A DNA stretch of 54,557 bases, counting the filler, from Sluysia triapertura (Eukaryota): NCBI GenBank assembly GCA_046118255.1. It is 4 parts of 4 records of this genome, joined end to end, with 100 filler letters (N's around TTAATTAATTAA, not from the genome) between each part and the next. Parts side by side here need not be neighbours in the genome. Positions count along the whole stretch, not along the records: positions 39,276 to 54,557 come from JBJNIA010232454.1; 3 more parts are not named here. One strand, given 5' to 3'. Positions within the stretch are counted from its first letter, which is position 1, and each line of letters starts with the position of its first letter. Of the stretch, positions 52,270-54,557 are shown piece after piece. Under the pieces are notes generated by a model. The model was not told the DNA's origin and did not search any database. It saw only the letters and a list, made by a program, of their open reading frames with translations. The position numbers were made by a program, and so were the translations under genes.

Positions 52270-52800
52270 TAAACAAGATGTTCGACAATTGCTTCTATGA
52301 TCTAAACGATGCTTTATTCAGTCCCATCAAAGATGATGATGCACGCAATTAAGTAGAGTTAACCATGGTATTTTCAGACCAGTTAAAGAGCATAACCTAC
52401 GCAAACTAAATCAAGTCATCGATGACTTATGCAAATCAAATAAAATTAATGATGCTATCGCACAACTTGAAGATGTACCCAAATTAGATAAAGACAACAG
52501 TGAAGTATGCAAATTAAATAAAGACCATTGATGGTCTCAGATCAATTAAAGACCTTAACGTTCTACGTGAACTAAAGATATTGACGACACATGTAAATCA
52601 AATAAAGTAAACAGAAGTGATGTTCTATCATTACGAATTGAATAAAACAAGCTCGATGTTTATAAAAAGAATTCAATCAACAAAAGAAACGATGCTCCAG
52701 TCTCGACTTGTAGAATGGTGAGAGTATAGTTGGAATACTGATACGACCAATGTCAGAAAACAATAGTGTAGCCGATCACTGTTGCAGAGGAACGAAATTA
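52270..52800 (+). mobile_element. Heavily deleted Gypsy RT/RNase H remnant
   Basis: In order: HGIFRPV, LRKLNQV, INDAIAQL, EYSW...NSVADH.CR. Confidence 0.4.
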
Positions 52801-54038
52801 CGAATTTCACGTAAGACTTGTTAATAACAATGGTTATCTTATTAATGCTTTATTTTTTCTATTCATTTCTCTTGTTATATTATTTTATTTCATTTAATAG
52901 GAAGACTCATCCCCAAACATTTATTTTAATTAATAGATGTGTCTGGTAATCACCTAACTCAATTTTTCGGTTGCAATAACTAATATTATCATAAAATTAA
53001 GGGTAATTAATCAATTTGGTTTAGGAAATATTAGAACTTCATTCCACAGATCAAGTAAATACAAACGCAGCAATGTGTGGTGTCATAAACTAACAACCCG
53101 TAATGATGCACCAGAAATGAATTTCACAAGACTCGTGTGTTTTCAATTTATTATTTTATTAGCTCTCTAGATCTTTTATAATTCACTGTAGGAAAAACCA
53201 ATGGATCAGAGGATCTTTTTAATAGATACAAGAGATACAATAATACAATAATTTGATGCACATTCATTAATTAAAATCAAGCTGCGATGGAATTGTCAAA
53301 AGACATGATGAAATTAATCCATCTTATAAATTTACGTTAAACTAGGTTTACGTTAAATAATGTTTATAACAAAAATATAACAATTACACAATGAGGTTAT
53401 AAATAAAAGATCGTGCGTATTTAGTTATAGATAAATATATCAATAAGATATATAGTTTAAAAATAATTATTTTTCCAGTTAATATAAATAAGTATTTTAA
53501 TAGTAACTTTGAATTACATTTATAGAAATTTACGTTGATTTTAAACTCATATTAATCGAGTACAAACTTGAAACAATATCGAACTTACTAAAAATGATCT
53601 ATTTAACATCTTTTCGTTAATGAATTTGCTATTACGAATGAGCACTTGTTTGGAATCACGTGAATTATGTTATATGCAATAGTGTTGTGCCAAATTATAC
53701 GAATCTTGCAAGTTTACCCAACCCAATAATTTTTTACTAATATTATTGATTACCTAACCAATACATATTATTCATTGTTCACAAAATAATTTATAACTGG
53801 TGACACGTTAAAATATTTTCTAGCAACTATTTATCAATTTAGCCAATAATAATTTAAGTATCTTCATATGTTTCTCTTTTAACGTTGACAATTTGTAATT
53901 AGATAAAACTGTATAGAGTAATAATAAAGATTTTACATAAACAAAACTCTAATAAGGCTGCATTTGATTATAATAAAATTACAATACATTATAAAACCAA
54001 ATCAGTTTTAAAACAATGAAATCTAAGTTATTGTAAAC

Positions 54039-54136
54039 GCAGTCAGTGTGTTGATACATTAATATAAGCAGTCAGTGTGTTGATACATTGATATAAGCAG
54101 TCAGTGTGTTGATACATTGATATAAACAATCAGTGT
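54039..54136. repeat. 29-bp minisatellite, 3 copies plus a partial copy
   Basis: GCAGTCAGTGTGTTGATACATT(A/G)ATATAA, head-to-tail with no spacers. Confidence 0.95.
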
Positions 54137-54557
54137 CCAGTCAGTGAATTACTAATTGATATTTATTAATTTATTAACTTTGTTGATATTTATCGTGTAA
54201 ACAGTTAAAGTTTTGTTTGGAATTTTAATTTATGATTGTATATAATTTCGTTGGAATTTTAAATTGGAAGTTTATTAAAATTTGTAAATGTAAGAATTAT
54301 TTAATTTTAATTTTTGATTAATTTTAATTTTAAGATTAAAGTAACGTGATTATTAATACGAGATTATTTTAATATTTTATTTTCTTTGTTTTAGTCTGAC
54401 CAAAGAAAATAATCAAACACAGTTAATACAACATAATTGTTTTTATAAATTTTTGTTCGAGTTTTGGACGAGATATTACGTTTGGTTTCCTAGTTATTTG
54501 ACTAAACGAAAATATTTGTTTATAGATTATCACGTTAGTTTAATTATTATAAGTTAG

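Noticed and set aside
54039-54136. 29-bp repeat of CRISPR-like length
   Set aside because: Copies are head-to-tail with no spacers, there are no cas genes, and the context is eukaryotic.

Overview
Very AT-rich eukaryotic, animal-like genomic DNA; no prokaryotic features or CRISPR. The window is four separate contigs (1-10949, 11050-22952, 23053-39175, 39276-54557) joined by three identical artificial 100-nt spacers (44 N + TTAATTAATTAA + 44 N), so adjacency across spacers means nothing. Two apparently intact spliced genes: a stand-alone nitrobindin (THAP4 C-terminal domain-like; introns of 39 and 42 nt) and TFIIH p62/GTF2H1 (two phase-compatible exons split by an ~8.2-kb intron). There is also the last exon of an NSUN4-like m5C methyltransferase. 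The rest is largely decayed material. Broken copies of regulatory genes include two CBP/p300 ZZ-TAZ2 fragments, a SET/NAP histone chaperone, cyclin C, an adenylyl cyclase fragment, a possible SENP/Ulp1 exon, and three members of an atypical C-x9-C-x6-C-x3-H CCCH-finger family. Mobile-element remnants include Ty3/Gypsy, Polinton-type PolB, possible Penelope and hAT/BED, piggyBac-type termini, a tRNA-derived SINE family and a TGTGGTGGCCAA-headed LTR-like repeat, plus microsatellites. The ~40-nt introns and base composition suggest a compact invertebrate or parasite genome (an orthonectid such as Intoshia would fit, but that is inference). All homology calls come from manual translation and remembered motifs, not database searches. 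I found no complete novel system; the best leads are the CCCH family and the association of gene fragments with a dispersed repeat.
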